Assembly: GCA_951406725.2 (NCBI GenBank)
Contig: OX597816.1
Coordinates: forward strand, 35,712,001 to 35,776,000
Origin: Octopus vulgaris
Taxonomy: Eukaryota
Direction: 5' to 3'
Length of the DNA stretch: 64,000 bases
The notes under the pieces were generated by a model. That model saw nothing but the letters and a program-made list of their open reading frames with translations, had not been told where the DNA came from and did not search any database. Positions 11,638 to 26,864 of the stretch are shown piece after piece. The position numbers and the translations under genes are program-made. The first letter of the stretch is position 1. Each line of letters opens with the position of its first letter.

Positions 11638-12269
11638 GTAATTTTAAAAGCAAAAGAATATCACGAGAATACAGAAAGGATATGGCTGAAATCTGTTGAG
11701 GCCAACTATGAAATGGAAGAATGACCAACAAAGTTGGCCGTCCTGGTTAATTATATAGTTTCTGAAAGTGTGCAATATATTTACGGTCAGAAATCCGCGT
11801 GGGATAAGAGTCTGCTAGACTGGCTTTAGGTAAATTGGAGTGAGGTGTAGATAATATTTTATTATAGTAGGTTTATAGCAGGGTGTAGCTGCGAGAGGAC
11901 CTCGGATTATACCAACAACGTGCAATACAACGTAATGCATGCTTTGGACCAGCCCCTAGGCGCTAAATACCCATTGGATCGGTTTTCTCTGAGTACACAA
12001 CCGGAATATCCTGTTTCGTACTGAACAACCATCGGTCGGAACCACAGCTTTACCCAACCCTGCTTGATGCATATCTTTTCAAATATCTGAGGCCTTATTT
12101 TACTATATATATATAGTTATAAGCGATGGCCTCGCGGAGCTGATTAACGGCAGCATTCGTCCTCTTACTCTGGACTGCCACGTTAGGTTGGCGATAAATA
12201 TTAATACCCAGTACTGCTGCCGTATCTCTCCTTTACAGAGATTTAGAAATAATATTAATAATAATGATG

Positions 12270-12374
<105 letters not shown>

Positions 12375-14154
12375 TAAATATATGCATATGATGTGCGTGT
12401 GTATGTGTCTGTGTTTGTGTGTGTGCCTCGACTACTTTAGAACAAAAGTTTTCACAATAATACATGGCGCAAATGTTCACTAAATACCCTCTTTTCCTGT
12501 ATCACCAACATTGAAGCTTCGAATTTAAGGCAAATAATCAAAAGGCATGGTGTTCTCGTTGCCTTAGCCACCAAACAGTGATTCTGATATTGCAGCCTTT
12601 TTAACTGATATCATGTTTAAAATCCCTTGGCCTGTGATGGGAAAGTATCTAGCCACATATTGAAAAGTCAGTTTTGTCCAGGAACTCCATCGCATCTTCC
12701 ATAAAAATCCTGGCAAGTCAATTTTAGCCAAACTTCCGTTCGAATCAGTAATTAGACGTGTGGTGAAGGGAGACATTAGGCCCATATTTAATGAGTCACG
12801 GGACACCTTGTAATTTGGTTGAAGCACTTACTGAAATAACTCGAACACCCTGACGAGTCCAATATTCTGTTGTTCTTCATTGAGAACTTATTTCCAGCAG
12901 GAAAAAGTGGAGAAGAATTCTGACATATGTTTCTGTTCCAGCCCCACGGAATTCCTCAATATGATGCAGCTTATTTTCTATGATGATCCAGGTGGTATTG
13001 AAAAATGTCTCCTCAATTCTCCGTAATTTATTAGGGTCAAAGTAACAGCCTACATTGAAAAATCGAGATCATTGTCTAGAGGCAGCTGCTCGGGCGAGGC
13101 TGTACCGGATCCAGCGAAACAATGCTCCTTCTCACACAACCCCTTCTGATTTAATTACCCATAGATACGAGTCTGAGAAGTTCTTTAGAAGATCAATACG
13201 CATACCAATAATATCAGGGATAGCAGACATTAATAAATTATCATCTTATATGCACATTTAGTCGATTCTGATGCAGTGTAGTGGCAGAAATTGATGCAGA
13301 TGGTGGATTTATCGAATACAGTTTTACTTTGTGTATGTAAGTATACGCATACCAATTTGTATAAGAGTATATTGCTTTCTTTTCACTAATTATTTTCGAT
13401 TTCCTTCAATTAAGTTTTGTTTTCAAATAGCAGGTGCACCCTGTATATTGTTAGATAGACGTGCGATTGTGTATACGTTTATGATTGCGTATACATAGTG
13501 ATATAAATAGCAATATTTAAAAGTGTGATTTAAAATATATACAATGATTATGGGATCTGTAAGATGTTAGTTCTGATTTTGATGTTGATTGCAACAGAAA
13601 GGAAAAATCATTAACGCACCGTGTGTTAACTTTACAATGTAAAACAAAGTAACAACACGCAATACAGAAGAAATAATAAATCAGATACGTGGAAAGGAAT
13701 TTTATATTGTGTTTAATCTAGGATTCGAATGAAATTGGAATTGAATAAATAATATAAAATATTTTTTTAAACACAACCAGAAGAAAATATACAAGACATT
13801 CAACAACAACTTTAATAACAATTATTTAAAACAAACATTCATTGAAATAGCATCGGCGGTAATTTTTTAACGATCAAAGATTATTCATATGTTCTTATAT
13901 CTGACGACTGTTAAATATTAGCCGATAAATCGATATAAGTATTATCAATATTTATATATAAATTATGTTAATGTGCGGACGCTTGGAAGATTAACAAAGT
14001 AGAAAAATATGTCTTAATTCTCTTCATATAACAGAAAATATTACAAATTGTACATGTGTTAAAAGTTCTGTATGTACTCACAAATCATTCAAAAGCAACC
14101 ATATATATACACATATATACATATATATGTGTGAGTGTGTGTGTTTGAGTATAC

Positions 14155-14208
<54 letters not shown>

Positions 14209-14699
14209 GTATGTATGTATGTATTATGTGTATATAAATATATAATTGCAGAAAAGTTCACCAGAGTGTAAATAATTGAAACATGGGAGGAGGTCAATAA
14301 TGATAATAAATATATATTAATGTGAAACTTCACGAATTGCCATGTAATCTGAGTTTCACTGTTAGAAGATTGACAATCAGTCATGTGTTCGTGTGTGTGT
14401 TTTGTGTGTGTATTTGTGTGCGTGTGTGTGTGTGTGTGTATTTATGTATTTATTCATTCACTGAAATGCGATAAATGAAAAAGTTTAATACGGAAGTGTA
14501 GTACATTCCTTAATATATTGGATGTGAAAGGATTTACATGTTTCCCGTCATTCAGCTTCTAATCCGCCTGTTTTCATTTAAAATATCTTTTGTTTGAATA
14601 TGAATTAATATTGTACCGCGAAATTTTGAAGAAAATCGCTTATTTTCATTTTCTTTTATATAATGTCAAGAACATTGCATATATACATATCAATATCAG

Positions 14700-14753
<54 letters not shown>

Positions 14754-15112
14754 AACAAACACAGGCATACACATTTATATAAACAATGCATATATATGTG
14801 TACGAATACATACATATGTTTTTGATTCTAAGTGCATATGTCATAGAATATGTACTAATCTGATAAAAAATGATCAAGAAATTATTGAAGGTTCATTGAT
14901 TCCGTTGTGATATTATAAATGCATATTTTCACCTTTAATCTTTTAAAGGAAAATAAAATGCCTTACCAGAAACGCATATACTGCTTAAAATATCTATTGA
15001 ATCACGCATACATTTCTATACGTATATCCATATGAATATATCCTTACATATACATATATAATCCTACACTTATACACATATAGAACATGCATTTAGATGT
15101 TTTTTGTACAAA

Positions 15113-15159
<47 letters not shown>

Positions 15160-15454
15160 CAGAAACAGAGGCAGAAAGAGACGAAGACGTACAAACTGAC
15201 ATACAGAGGCAGTAAGATACAAAGTCAGACAGAAAAAAAAACGAGATGTGGAGAAGAATTTCGCAAACGTGAAAACAATACAATTGGGAAAATAGTCGAC
15301 AACTCTCAACGCTTTTGAAGTTGAGTTATAAAATATATTTTAGAATTTTAATGTATTTTTAATAATCACAGTTTTCTACTCTTTGATTTTTTCTTGAAGC
15401 AACAACTCTGCAGGTAAATCTGCAAGTAGTCGTTGTTGATGTTCGTGTTATTGT

Positions 15455-15750
15455 TTCTTCTTCTTCTTCTTTTTCTTCTTCCTTTTCTTCTTCTTCTTCT
15501 TCTTCTTCTTCTTCTTCTTCCTTTTCTTCTTCTTCTTCTTCTTCTTCTTCTTCTTCTTCTTCTTCTTCTTCTTCTTCATTTTATTGTTCTTCTTCTTCTT
15601 CTTCTTCTTCTTCTTCTTCTTCTTCCTTGTCTTCTTCTTCTTCTTCTTCTTCTTCTTCTTCTTCTTCTTCCTTTTCTTCTTCTTATTCTTCTTCTTCTAA
15701 GACTACTTCTCCTACTACCTCTTCTTCTTCTTTTCTTGATCTTGTTTATC

Positions 15751-15811
<61 letters not shown>

Positions 15812-15906
15812 CATCATCATCATCATTATTATTATTATTTTTTTATTATTATTATTATTATTATTTTAATTATTATTATTATTATCATTATTATCATTGT
15901 TGTTAC

Positions 15907-15980
<74 letters not shown>
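15455..15980. repeat. (CTT)n grading into (ATT)n microsatellite
   Basis: Read directly from the sequence; explains the poly-L/S/I/Y ORFs. Confidence 0.95.
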
Positions 15981-15981
<1 letters not shown>

Positions 15982-16925
15982 ATGTTTGACTATTGATTTG
16001 TATTTGTACAATTTGACTCCGAGTGTCACGCATAGAACGCAAAAGACAAGTCAGAAGGTGAAATTGGTATGATGACTAGGGTACCATATATTTGGCTTTG
16101 CGTAAAGTATTGTCCTAAGGAATGTTTAAGAAAACAAAAAAAAATATAAGTTTGTTTCAAAATTTTGGAATTTGGAACAACACACAGTATTTTACGTAGA
16201 ATATGAGCAGTTCACATTTGCACTAATTTTTTTTTAATTTCTGCCATTTTTAGACTTCCTGTTGAGATACTTTGTAGGCGCAAGAATACTGCACATTGAG
16301 ACAACATGATCAATGGTTTCATTTGATAGATTACATACATGACAGGTTGGACTATTGTCACACCTTAATATGTTGACCTAGTAGCTCCTTGTAGGTTGGC
16401 ATTGTTGTTGGGCTGATATGATACTCCCCTCTGTCTCCGACTTTAAGCCAGAAGTCACTAAGCATTGATGGGTAAGGACCTTGTCAAAATCAGCATTAGT
16501 AGCTCTCTTTGGGTATTTGTCATTAAGAGGTTTTCCTTGCCATTTATCAGTAAGAATATCTAAGGCAGCAGTTTTAGCAAGGGTTTTCTTACACTTAGCC
16601 TCTTGTGTGCTTGTTTCCAGTACGTCTAATTCTAGGATTTGTTGTATATGGAACTCTCTTAGATATTTCTTTGCCTTTTTTGAGACTGAGTATGATGTTT
16701 ACTTGATTTCATGATGTAAGACAAGTTTTAACATCCAATCTTCAGAGTTTCTCAGGTCGATGTTTAGGCCAATTTTGGAAATGCTCATTGTTAAATCTAG
16801 TTGTAGAAGTCCACGGCCGCCCTCTTTTCGTAGCAAGTAAAGTAGTTCTATATCTGCCTTAAGGTAGTGCATTCTATGCATTGCCAACAATTTTCTTCAT
16901 TTTCTGTTAAGGTTACAGATTTCAG
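15981..16925 (-). mobile_element. Degenerate 3' fragment of R4/Dong-clade non-LTR retrotransposon
   Basis: 'MHYLKADIELLYLLRKEGGRGLLQL' (thumb), 'SGLKSETEG', 'TCHVC..NETIDHVVS.C' (CCHC knuckle) and 'TAHILRKIL'. The 3' UTR is shared with 17822-17912 and 26072-26165. Confidence 0.8.
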
Positions 16926-16949
16926 TTGATAATCATTATTATTATCATT

Positions 16950-17669
16950 ACTTTTTTTTTTCTTCTTTCAAATTTGCTTCCATTTCTTGCCGAGTGTCTT
17001 CCCGACTCCTAGGGCAAAGAAACTCATAGTATACATTGGTAGGCCATTAAACCAAACTCAATAGTTCGTTAATTTTTTTTTTTTTTTTTAAGTTAAATTA
17101 AAATACATGAGCAGCAACAGTTCTCACATCGACAATGCTCTTCTCAATACGTGTGATGTACCAGTTAAGACAATTTTTTGCACTTCTTGCAGGGATGGTA
17201 AGCCAGGGATCATTCTCATATAATTTTCGGTTCCCTTCTTGATCATTTCTAGTGCTCCTACGATCACTGGTATTGTACCCGCCTTGAGATGCCACATTTT
17301 CTCAATTTCAATGAGTAGGTCTTTATATTTTCTGAGCTTGTCAAACTCTTTCGCTGAGATATTATGATCACAGGGGATGCTCATGTCGATCAATAAGCAA
17401 ACTTTATTGTTTTGGTCTTTCACAACAATATCTGGTTTATTGGCCTTGATGGTTCGGTCTGTATGTACTGGAAAGTCCCACAGAATGGTTACATTTTCTC
17501 CTTCAGTTACAGCCTCAGGGTGGTGATTATACCACTTGTCGGCAGTTTTGATATTGTAATGCCGACTTATTAGCCAGTGGAGATATTGGCCAACTCTGTC
17601 ATGTCTTAATTTATACTCCACTGGTGCTAAGACTTTACATCCAGAGACTAGGCGGTCCACTGTTTCAAA

Positions 17670-17672
<3 letters not shown>
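16950..17672 (-). mobile_element. Young 5'-truncated R4/Dong-clade copy between (TAA)n arrays
   Basis: Intact REL ORF plus ~170 nt of 3' UTR ending in an A-rich/TAA tail. Confidence 0.85.
17124..17660 (-). CDS. Restriction-like endonuclease (REL) domain of an R4/Dong-type retrotransposon (fragment)
   Basis: 'LVSGC..LA..EYKLRHDRV...LHW', 'ILWDF..TD....NKPDIVV..LIDMSIP.D', 'KEFDKLRKYKDL..EIEKMW', 'IPVIVGAL' and 'QKIVLTGTSHVLR'. Confidence 0.9.
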   Translation of the reverse strand: MDRLVSGCKVLAPVEYKLRHDRVGQYLHWLISRHYNIKTADKWYNHHPEAVTEGENVTILWDFPVHTDRTIKANKPDIVVKDQNNKVCLLIDMSIPCDHNISAKEFDKLRKYKDLLIEIEKMWHLKAGTIPVIVGALEMIKKGTENYMRMIPGLPSLQEVQKIVLTGTSHVLRRALSM

Positions 17673-17767
<95 letters not shown>

Positions 17768-17821
17768 GTTATTTTTATTATTGTTATTAGTATTATTATT
17801 ATTATTATCATCATCATTATT

Positions 17822-17909
17822 CTATGTTTGACTTTTGCTTTACATTTGTACAAGTTGGCTCCAAGTCTCACCGAGAGACCTCACGAGACAAGTTGGAAGT
17901 TCATGTTGG

Positions 17910-17912
<3 letters not shown>
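17822..17912 (-). mobile_element. Solo ~90-nt 3' UTR of R4/Dong-type family
   Basis: Homologous to 15981-16070 and 26072-26165; flanked on both sides by (ATT)n. Confidence 0.75.
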
Positions 17913-17990
<78 letters not shown>

Positions 17991-18143
17991 TATTATTATT
18001 ATTATTACTATTATTATTATTATTATTGTTGTTGTTGTTGTTATTATTATTATTAGTAGTAGTAGTAATAGTATTAGTATTATTATCGTCATCATCATCA
18101 TCATTACTTTTATTAGTATTGAGAAAGAAGTCATAAATATCAT

Positions 18144-18656
18144 TGAGTGAAACAGCAGCTCGTAGCATCAAAGTGGCACAAATATACCCATCATGACAAC
18201 CCGTTTAATAACAGTTCACGGCTCACATGCATCACAACTATATATGATTGACAAGCTAGCCCAATATCAAGATAATCAACACATGGCATTGCAAGTGTGG
18301 CCCATTTAGAATTTTCGTGAAGTATAAGAGCCTATACCGCTCAAAGTTTCCCTAAAATGGGCTAATACCTGTTGATCCAGATCTGACTTATCCAAATCCC
18401 AAAGAATTCCCTTCAATACATGGCCATGATGCTCTCCACTACACCTACTCGTGATCAGAGAGCACATAGTGTCAGCCACTAAGGAACGTGTTGTACTGGC
18501 TAAGGTCAAGAAACTGACACGTAAATCTGTAGTACTGAACAGATATTTGCTGTAGCCAATATTTTGCACCAAGACAAATGTACATGTTGACACTTCCAAG
18601 AAGTTAAGATCAGAAGCCTTGATTGACACTACTTGGTCCTGCATCACAGCATTTAT
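18144..18656 (-). mobile_element. ~510-bp non-coding interspersed repeat embedded in (ATT)n
   Basis: Starts TGAGTGA.A.AGCAG on the plus strand, as do the partial copies at 21994-22300 and 22580-22681. No recognisable protein motif; strand is inferred. Confidence 0.6.
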
Positions 18657-19375
<719 letters not shown>

Positions 19376-19499
19376 GTTATTTACTTTTAATCTGCATATG
19401 TGTGTTACAATCACTTGCTGAGACACAGTCAGCGTTCTAGAGCGAGTGAAAGATAGATGTTACAGTAATGGCTGAAAGCTTGGAGAGAGGAACTGGCAG

Positions 19500-19685
19500 G
19501 ACAGTAGCGAAATATCTTCAGGTAATACAACACAAAAATTTAAATTGATATGATTTTCTCACGATGTGGACAGTATTTGTCAGCTCAATCTTTGGGTTTC
19601 TCTGAGACATGCTTCGCCTGAAATGTTGTCGAGATTTATCTGACATCGCTTTTTTATCATACCCAGGGAACCTATAATAACGTAT
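19500..19685 (-). mobile_element. Degenerate REL C-terminal tip (R4-type)
   Basis: 'PKIELTNTVHIVRK' resembles 'QKIVLTGTSHVLRR' of the 17124 ORF; (TAA)n lies upstream. Confidence 0.5.
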
Positions 19686-19701
19686 TTTATTATTATTATT
19701 A

Positions 19702-19769
<68 letters not shown>

Positions 19770-21993
19770 TTTTTTTTTTAGTAGTAGTAGTAGTAGTAGT
19801 AGTAGTAGGAGTAGTAGTAGTAGTATAATTATTATTATTAATATTATTATTATCATTCTCGTTCACCTCCGCTAGCATTATTATATTAGTGAATCATTCC
19901 GTGTGGCCTTCTAGAATTATTTACTGTGGTATTGACCTCAGATTCGGCTTGTAAATCGAGGAAAGAATTTTATATTTGCCTTTTTCTTTTTATTTCCCTT
20001 ATGACTATTTTTTTAAACTCTACTGCTTCTATATTAGCTAGTTCACCTACTTTGCTCTCCACATAAACACATCTTTTATCCATGGACTTAATATTAATTT
20101 AATATATTAATGTAGCTGCGAATAGCCAGAATACTTTTTTACTGTCCAGTCGTAATCAATGTTGATCAATTTATGTAGCCGATTTAAATATTTCTTTATA
20201 CACGTATTTTAAACAATACCGAAGTTAACTTTATCTCAAATCATTTGTGCTTTAATTTAATAATGTACCGGTCAAGTCTGGTTGACCTGCTCTATGTTTA
20301 CTGTTATATGCCAACATCGTTTTCAGATCTCTTGGCAGATATATATCGAAACAAGAAGCAGAACGAAAAACTTCAAGTTAGGTGAATGTAGGAGAAATGC
20401 AGACGCTGAAATAATCGCAAAATGTGAGATCATACTGCGAATGTTTGTTCCGCGACATTATTAAACGAAGTTTTTTTTTTTTAATGTCCAAGATGTTAGA
20501 CAAGACGTTGGCAATTGTTCTTCATTCTGACAGGCAAACTTGAGCCGTGTTAAAAGTCAATAATGAATGGATTGGTATGAAATCTGCCATGAGTAGGATT
20601 GTAAACAATTAAAATCAAAGAAGAGCATCGCTATGATTAATCATGTTTTATGGCAGCTGTCCGACTTTCACCATAGGATCTCCATAGTGTGCAGTGATAT
20701 CAGCGCAGCGTTCAAGCGGTATGACAACGATACAAACCCTTAACTATCACACTCTCGGTTCGTAAAGATTGTTCTTTAAAAGCTCTTCTGTAGGCACTGT
20801 GTCTCGAGCCACTACTGCGGAAGCTAGATACTTTTAATGCCTTCCTCTCAAATAAGGGTGCGAAAATTTAATGCTGGCACAAACGGACGATATATCCATC
20901 ACAATGCCAATACCAGGAGCATCAAGGTGATCTGTACTGCTCAAATGAAATATAAGTCAATAAAATTACAAAACGAATCAAGAAATTTGAGTGGGCGTGT
21001 AACACAGAAAACGCAGAGACAGATCCATGCCGTCCTATGGCATCGTTGAGTGTTGGATGACGTACCATTTTTATTCTTTCCAATCGTTTTTGGCCCATAG
21101 AAGAGGAATACTAGGGAATGAAAAGAAATGGTCCGTCAGTAAGCTAACATTGAGGGGGTTGTAATTATGTATCAGAAAATACAGAGACAGGTCATTTTAC
21201 ATACGAAATCTCGTCGAGCACTTATATTACTCTACCCGTCGGGCATTCTGGTTGTCACTGTAGTTTCCACATTGTTATTTTGTACTATATTTATGAAGGG
21301 AAAACCGACAGCTTTCTCGAGAAACGCTGCATTTCGACGGAAATCCTTTACGTGGTCTCTTCTGAGAACTTCTGTCTTTTGTACCATGGATAATTTCCAG
21401 AAATATATAACTTGACCAGCAAGGGTGATTATTGCCCGTTCGAAAGTAAGTCCAAGATACGCGTAGTGCAACAAAGGTTTTGCCAGGTACTTGTTCAATA
21501 CGTGAGCCTTCTTGATTTGATGATTTTATTGAACTCATGGTACCAGGTCAACGATCATCAGTTAGGTGCATTGTGAAGATCGACTCTTTAGCTTCGTTAC
21601 TGCTTTCTTATGACTTTGGCAAAAACATTTTGTGTGGTGGACGAGAATGAAAGTTCTACTTCCACTTGGCGGGAAAGCTGAGAAACATTTTCATGATTTA
21701 CAAGAAAAGGGGTTCTCAGGGATTTCCAACAGTAGTGCTCGGATTAACCCCCAATTTAGAAGAAATATTCCTTGTTTGAAGTTTTTTAAACCCTTATTCG
21801 ACACTTTAATTTATATCACACGATTTATATGATTCCACAATGCATCGTGCTGTACTGTCCCCAATACATTTGTTAAACAATAATTGTTATAGAAACATTT
21901 TGCATTGTTAGTAATATTATTGATTTGTGTTCTCATTTCTTGTAAATAATATTATTTTTTACAATTTTTTTAATCATTATTACTATTTGTTAT

Positions 21994-22300
21994 TGAGTGA
22001 GAGAGCAGTACATGCTATCAAAGTGACACTGGGGTAAAATATACGAAGCCCAGTATGCCCATCACGAATACCCGTCTGATAAGAGTACACTAGGCACATG
22101 CATCACAACCATATGTGCGCGACATGGTGATCTCATATCAAGATAAACAGCTCATGACCTTGCAGGTCATTAGAATTTTCTTCTGGTTGAGGAACCCATC
22201 TCGCTCAAAAGGTCCTTGAATAAGGGTTGGTTAAAGATGTTGAACGAAACACCCATGTTTCCAGAGGTGATTCATTCAAACCCCAAATAATCCCTCTATA
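21994..22300 (-). mobile_element. Second copy of the (ATT)n-embedded non-coding repeat
   Basis: Aligns to 18144-18415 (ATCAAAGTG.CAC, CCCATCA.GA..ACCCGT, CACATGCATCACAAC, ATATCAAGATAA, TTAGAATTTTC, CGCTCAAA). Confidence 0.7.
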
Positions 22301-22309
22301 TTATTATTA

Positions 22310-22389
<80 letters not shown>

Positions 22390-22498
22390 GTTATCATTAT
22401 TATTATTATTATTATTATTATTTTTATTGTTATTATTATCATTATTATTATTATTATTGTTATTATTATTATTATTGTTGTTGTTATTATTATTATTA

Positions 22499-22548
<50 letters not shown>

Positions 22549-22684
22549 GTTATTATTATTATTATCAATTATTAATTATTGAGTGACACGAAGCACAATA
22601 CACCCATCATGACAACTCGTCTGATAAGGGTACACAGGGGAAAAGGTATTACAAACATATATGTGCAACATGGTGATCTCACGT

Positions 22685-22800
22685 ATATTTTTTCTCAAGT
22701 AAATTGTTTTTACCGTTTGATCTTGGGCTGCTACAATTAGGCTATCTGGATTTTTTTCTCTAATAACTCCTTTTTTAACCAAGCCTGATCCACATACGTC
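22685..22800 (-). mobile_element. R4-type fragment (AAQDQ motif)
   Basis: 'DSLIVAAQDQTVKTIYLRK', the conserved pre-zinc-knuckle motif of R4-clade elements. Confidence 0.65.
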
Positions 22801-22908
22801 TTCATTGGCTCTCCAAAATCGTGCAGAGGTTACACTTCGATCTGTCTGACGTGCTCTCTTTGCATCTCGTTCTTGTCATTTTATTATCATTATTATTATT
22901 ATTATTAT

Positions 22909-22958
<50 letters not shown>

Positions 22959-22975
22959 TTAATAATAATAATAAC

Positions 22976-23023
<48 letters not shown>

Positions 23024-23040
23024 CATTATTATTATTATTT

Positions 23041-23255
23041 GTTGGCAGAATCGTTATAACCTTGGACAAAATGCTTAGTGGTATTTCGTCCGTCTTTACG
23101 TTCTGAGATCTAATCCTGCCGAAGTCGACTTTACCTACCATCCTCCCGGTGTCGATAATATAGGTACCAGTTGAATACTATGGTCGATTTAATTGAAGTA
23201 TGCCCCCATCACAAAATGCAATCTTGCTGAACTTTTAGGAAATCACGAAACCATT
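23041..23255 (+). mobile_element. Nin-domain-like tRNA SINE
   Basis: TGGCAGAATCGTTA..AAATGCTTAGTGGTATTTCGTC..TTACGTTCTGAG..GTCGATAA; homologous to 9801-10196. Confidence 0.8.
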
Positions 23256-23259
23256 ATAA

Positions 23260-24830
23260 TTCTAGTTTTTTTTTTTTGTTTCTTTTTTCGTTGTTGTTTC
23301 TTGAAAACTGAGCTTCCTGCAGAAAAAATCGTATAGTTTCGAGCAATGATGGATTTTGTAGATGTTCTATCTTTACATTTGTTCTAATCTTTTGGGCATG
23401 CGTTGGAAGTTGAGTCCTGATACATCCTAGCGGGCCAAATATTACTGGTATCGCACCCACTCACTTCATTATCCACAATCTACGTATTTCCCACTTCAAT
23501 TCATCAATAGTTGTTGATTTTCTTTCCTTCCTGTTGGATCCTGTAATCACAAGGACATGCTATGTCAATCATCAGTCATACCACGTCTTTGATCTTTCTT
23601 GGCCATCATTTCCTCAGAGCTTCATTTTTGCCGCATAGTCATGTCACATTTTGTATTCACATTGTGCCAATTTCGGACATTTACTGACAAATGTGACACA
23701 CTGTTTCAACCCTCTCTTCATACATTCTGCATTTATCCCTCTTAGTTGGCTTTATCAATTTTGCACATCCTCAATGCATGTTCTTGTTCCACGCGTAGAC
23801 GTGCTTCTGTTTCTATGTTCAGGCCACTACTCCATAAACATAGCTCGCAGACTTCTGTATCGGTCTTTGTATCTCTTGTATCTAATTGTATCTCTTGCAA
23901 ATCGCCCTGTCACTTCTGCTGTCCATTCCGTTTCCTTTTTTTTTTTTTTGCTCTTTTTCTTTTTTTATATTTCTCTTTCTTAATATATCGTCAGTTTTGA
24001 TGATGCCGGATTTCATATACATGAATAATGGTTACACAACAACATTTTTTACAAGTTACCCTTAGCATTTTCCTTCTTAATCAACTAATGAAACTGCTCT
24101 TAACAAGTAGAAGGGATCCGGGTCACTCTTCAGATGGTATGCAAAGTGAAATGTCAATAGTTTTTGTCTTCGTATCCAAATTCATCAGTTTTTTTTTCGC
24201 TTTTGCCAGTTTATGACTCCACCTCCAAAGCGAAGTAATGATGTCACCCATGTATTTATTGCTTGGATGTTATTCTATCCACTGAATTTTAAGCGCAACA
24301 TCGTTCGTAATCTTCGGAAATACTCTTTCCTCAGCTGTCCTTACATTTCTTTCACCACGATTTCATTGCCCTGCTTTTAACTTTGTTTCATCATTTCCTT
24401 ATTTTGTGATTCTATTACTACCAAGGACTGTATCTTGCCTCTTTTCAGACTCATTATACAACACCTCTTGAGTCCGAATTCCATATTTACAGCAGTACTA
24501 AGACAGTGGACCGTGTTCTTGAAGGCGCTCACTTGTATCTCATCTTTACCACACAGGTTCAACGGGATGGTTGACTTTTTGAATTTTCCCATAGAACTGA
24601 TATCCTAGGCACATTTTTCCCTGCAGCAAGCCCAGATGGAACATGTTAAATAAAAAAAGCACCAGAGATACTTCAAGCATCTCCTTGAAAAAAAAATCTC
24701 TTTCTTGATGCCGTGTGTTCCCAAGCTTTATCCATACGATGCCAAATCAGTTTTTCAGCGTAGCATATTGCTTTTCAGAAAACATCTTATAATCCCAGCA
24801 TCATCTATGAATCTAGATCATTGATTGCTT
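23260..24830 (-). mobile_element. Heavily decayed R4/Dong-type RT-REL copy
   Basis: 'TVHCLSTAVNMEFGLKRC...KRGKI' (post-YMDD), 'VSKCPKLAQCEYK', 'LIDIACP', 'ELKWEIRRLW' and 'IPVIFGPLG...IEHLQ'; many stops, frameshifts and deletions. Confidence 0.75.
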
Positions 24831-24842
24831 AGATATGTTATA

Positions 24843-24889
<47 letters not shown>

Positions 24890-24899
24890 TTATTAGTAG

Positions 24900-24935
<36 letters not shown>

Positions 24936-25030
24936 CATCAACATCATCATCACCACCACCTCCACCATCATCATTCTCATCATCATCAACATCATCATCA
25001 TCATCATCATTATCGTCATCATCGTCGTCG

Positions 25031-25081
<51 letters not shown>

Positions 25082-25299
25082 ACAACAACAACATCATCAT
25101 CATCATCATTATTGTTGTTGTTGGTGGTGGTGGTGCTGCTGCTATTGCTGCTATTATCATTATTATTATTCGCCATTTGATAGTTTCAGGCAATTTTTTA
25201 CTATAACAGCTGTTATACATCTGTGTGCAGCATTGTGCGTCATGTGCGTAATGCTAGTTGTGTTCTTATAATGAGCATCTGACATGTATAATACATGTT

Positions 25300-25912
25300 G
25301 TGGGGTTTGTTTATTTTATTCGATGTTTACTGTAGAGAATGTATTGTATTTGTGTATTGATCGACTGATTTATTTGGATTGTGCTATTGAATGGATAACG
25401 TCTCGTGTGGGATGTGGACTCTTCCTTGTAGGGTTATGTCTTGCATTGTGTGTAGTGTTGAGGGTCCCAATATAGATTCGACGTTTTCGTTCATTCGTTT
25501 CTTTTATTTTTATCACAACAAATGCTCTAGTTATTAAAGATATTGTTTTCATTTTCATGACCCAGGTCTTGAATATTTCGATTTGGAGATCTTTGGATTC
25601 GACAACTTCTCCACTTGTCTCAAAAGTCTCAAAAGAGACTGCAATGTCTATCAGGAAGCAGGTATTTTTTCAGTCCATGATTATTATGTCTACGTGATTA
25701 GTTTTGATATCTCTGTTAATTTGAATAAGCACATCCCAGATGTGGAGGGCTCGGTCGTTTTCATGTACCTTATTTGGTACATGTTTATACCACCTCATGT
25801 TAGTTTTTTTTTTTTTTTTTGCGGTGTTTCCATATTGCCCATTGAATATAACTACACACTCGGTCATGCCTGTATCTATATTCAGATTGGGATAGGATTG
25901 CACAGTCAGAGA
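25300..25912 (-). mobile_element. Decayed REL domain fragment (R4-type)
   Basis: 'WYKHVP..VHEND...IWDVLIQINRDIKTNHVDII...CFLIDIAV...KDLQIEI.KTW.MK.KTI'. Confidence 0.75.
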
Positions 25913-25946
25913 TTTATTATCATTACTATTATCATTATTATCATCA

Positions 25947-26049
<103 letters not shown>

Positions 26050-26071
26050 CATTATTATTATTACTATTATT

Positions 26072-26328
26072 AAATGTCTGGTTTCTGCTTTGTACTTTTA
26101 CAAGTTGAATCCGAGTCTGACCCAGAGATCTCAAGAGACAACAAGCTAGAAGTCCAAGTTGGTGTTCTGCCTTGGGAAACATATTTTATGTTTTCCTCAA
26201 AGTATTCTCTGTGACACAAGAAAATAAGAAGTTTGTTTTAAATGTAATTTCAAAATAAGATGATAGCGTGATGCTAAGATGCCAGTAGAAGGTGTAGGCT
26301 GTTATGTATATTTAACAGTATTTTGACA

Positions 26329-26330
<2 letters not shown>
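26072..26330 (-). mobile_element. R4-type 3' UTR relic
   Basis: 26072-26165 is homologous to 17822-17912; flanked by (ATT)n. Confidence 0.65.
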
Positions 26331-26382
<52 letters not shown>

Positions 26383-26390
26383 CGTCGTCG

Positions 26391-26525
<135 letters not shown>

Positions 26526-26864
26526 TATCCGTCATTTTCATCATCGCCACCATTATACAATCTGTTAATAGAAATTTATGCATCTCTGCAATTTGTTTGG
26601 CCCTCTGTGTTACAAAGAGGAAATTTACAAGTGAGAAAACCGTACACATGCCATATATATTTCTTCCAATTCACGTAGTCATGTTATTGTTTTCAAGAGA
26701 AAATAATTGATGGATGTTTGGCAGAAAAGAACATAAACAAGATAGAGAAATTTATTGTATCAGCATATGTTCAACATAATCATGTACACTCACACTTATA
26801 GAATTGAAATGTGTCTGCGTATGTCTATGTGCATGCGTCTGTGTGAAAATGTACACATGTATAT

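Noticed and set aside
20280-21900. Possible very old mariner fragments (FRSL, RRWQ, FKQG, W.HE traces)
   Set aside because: Motifs are too short and broken to support without an alignment.
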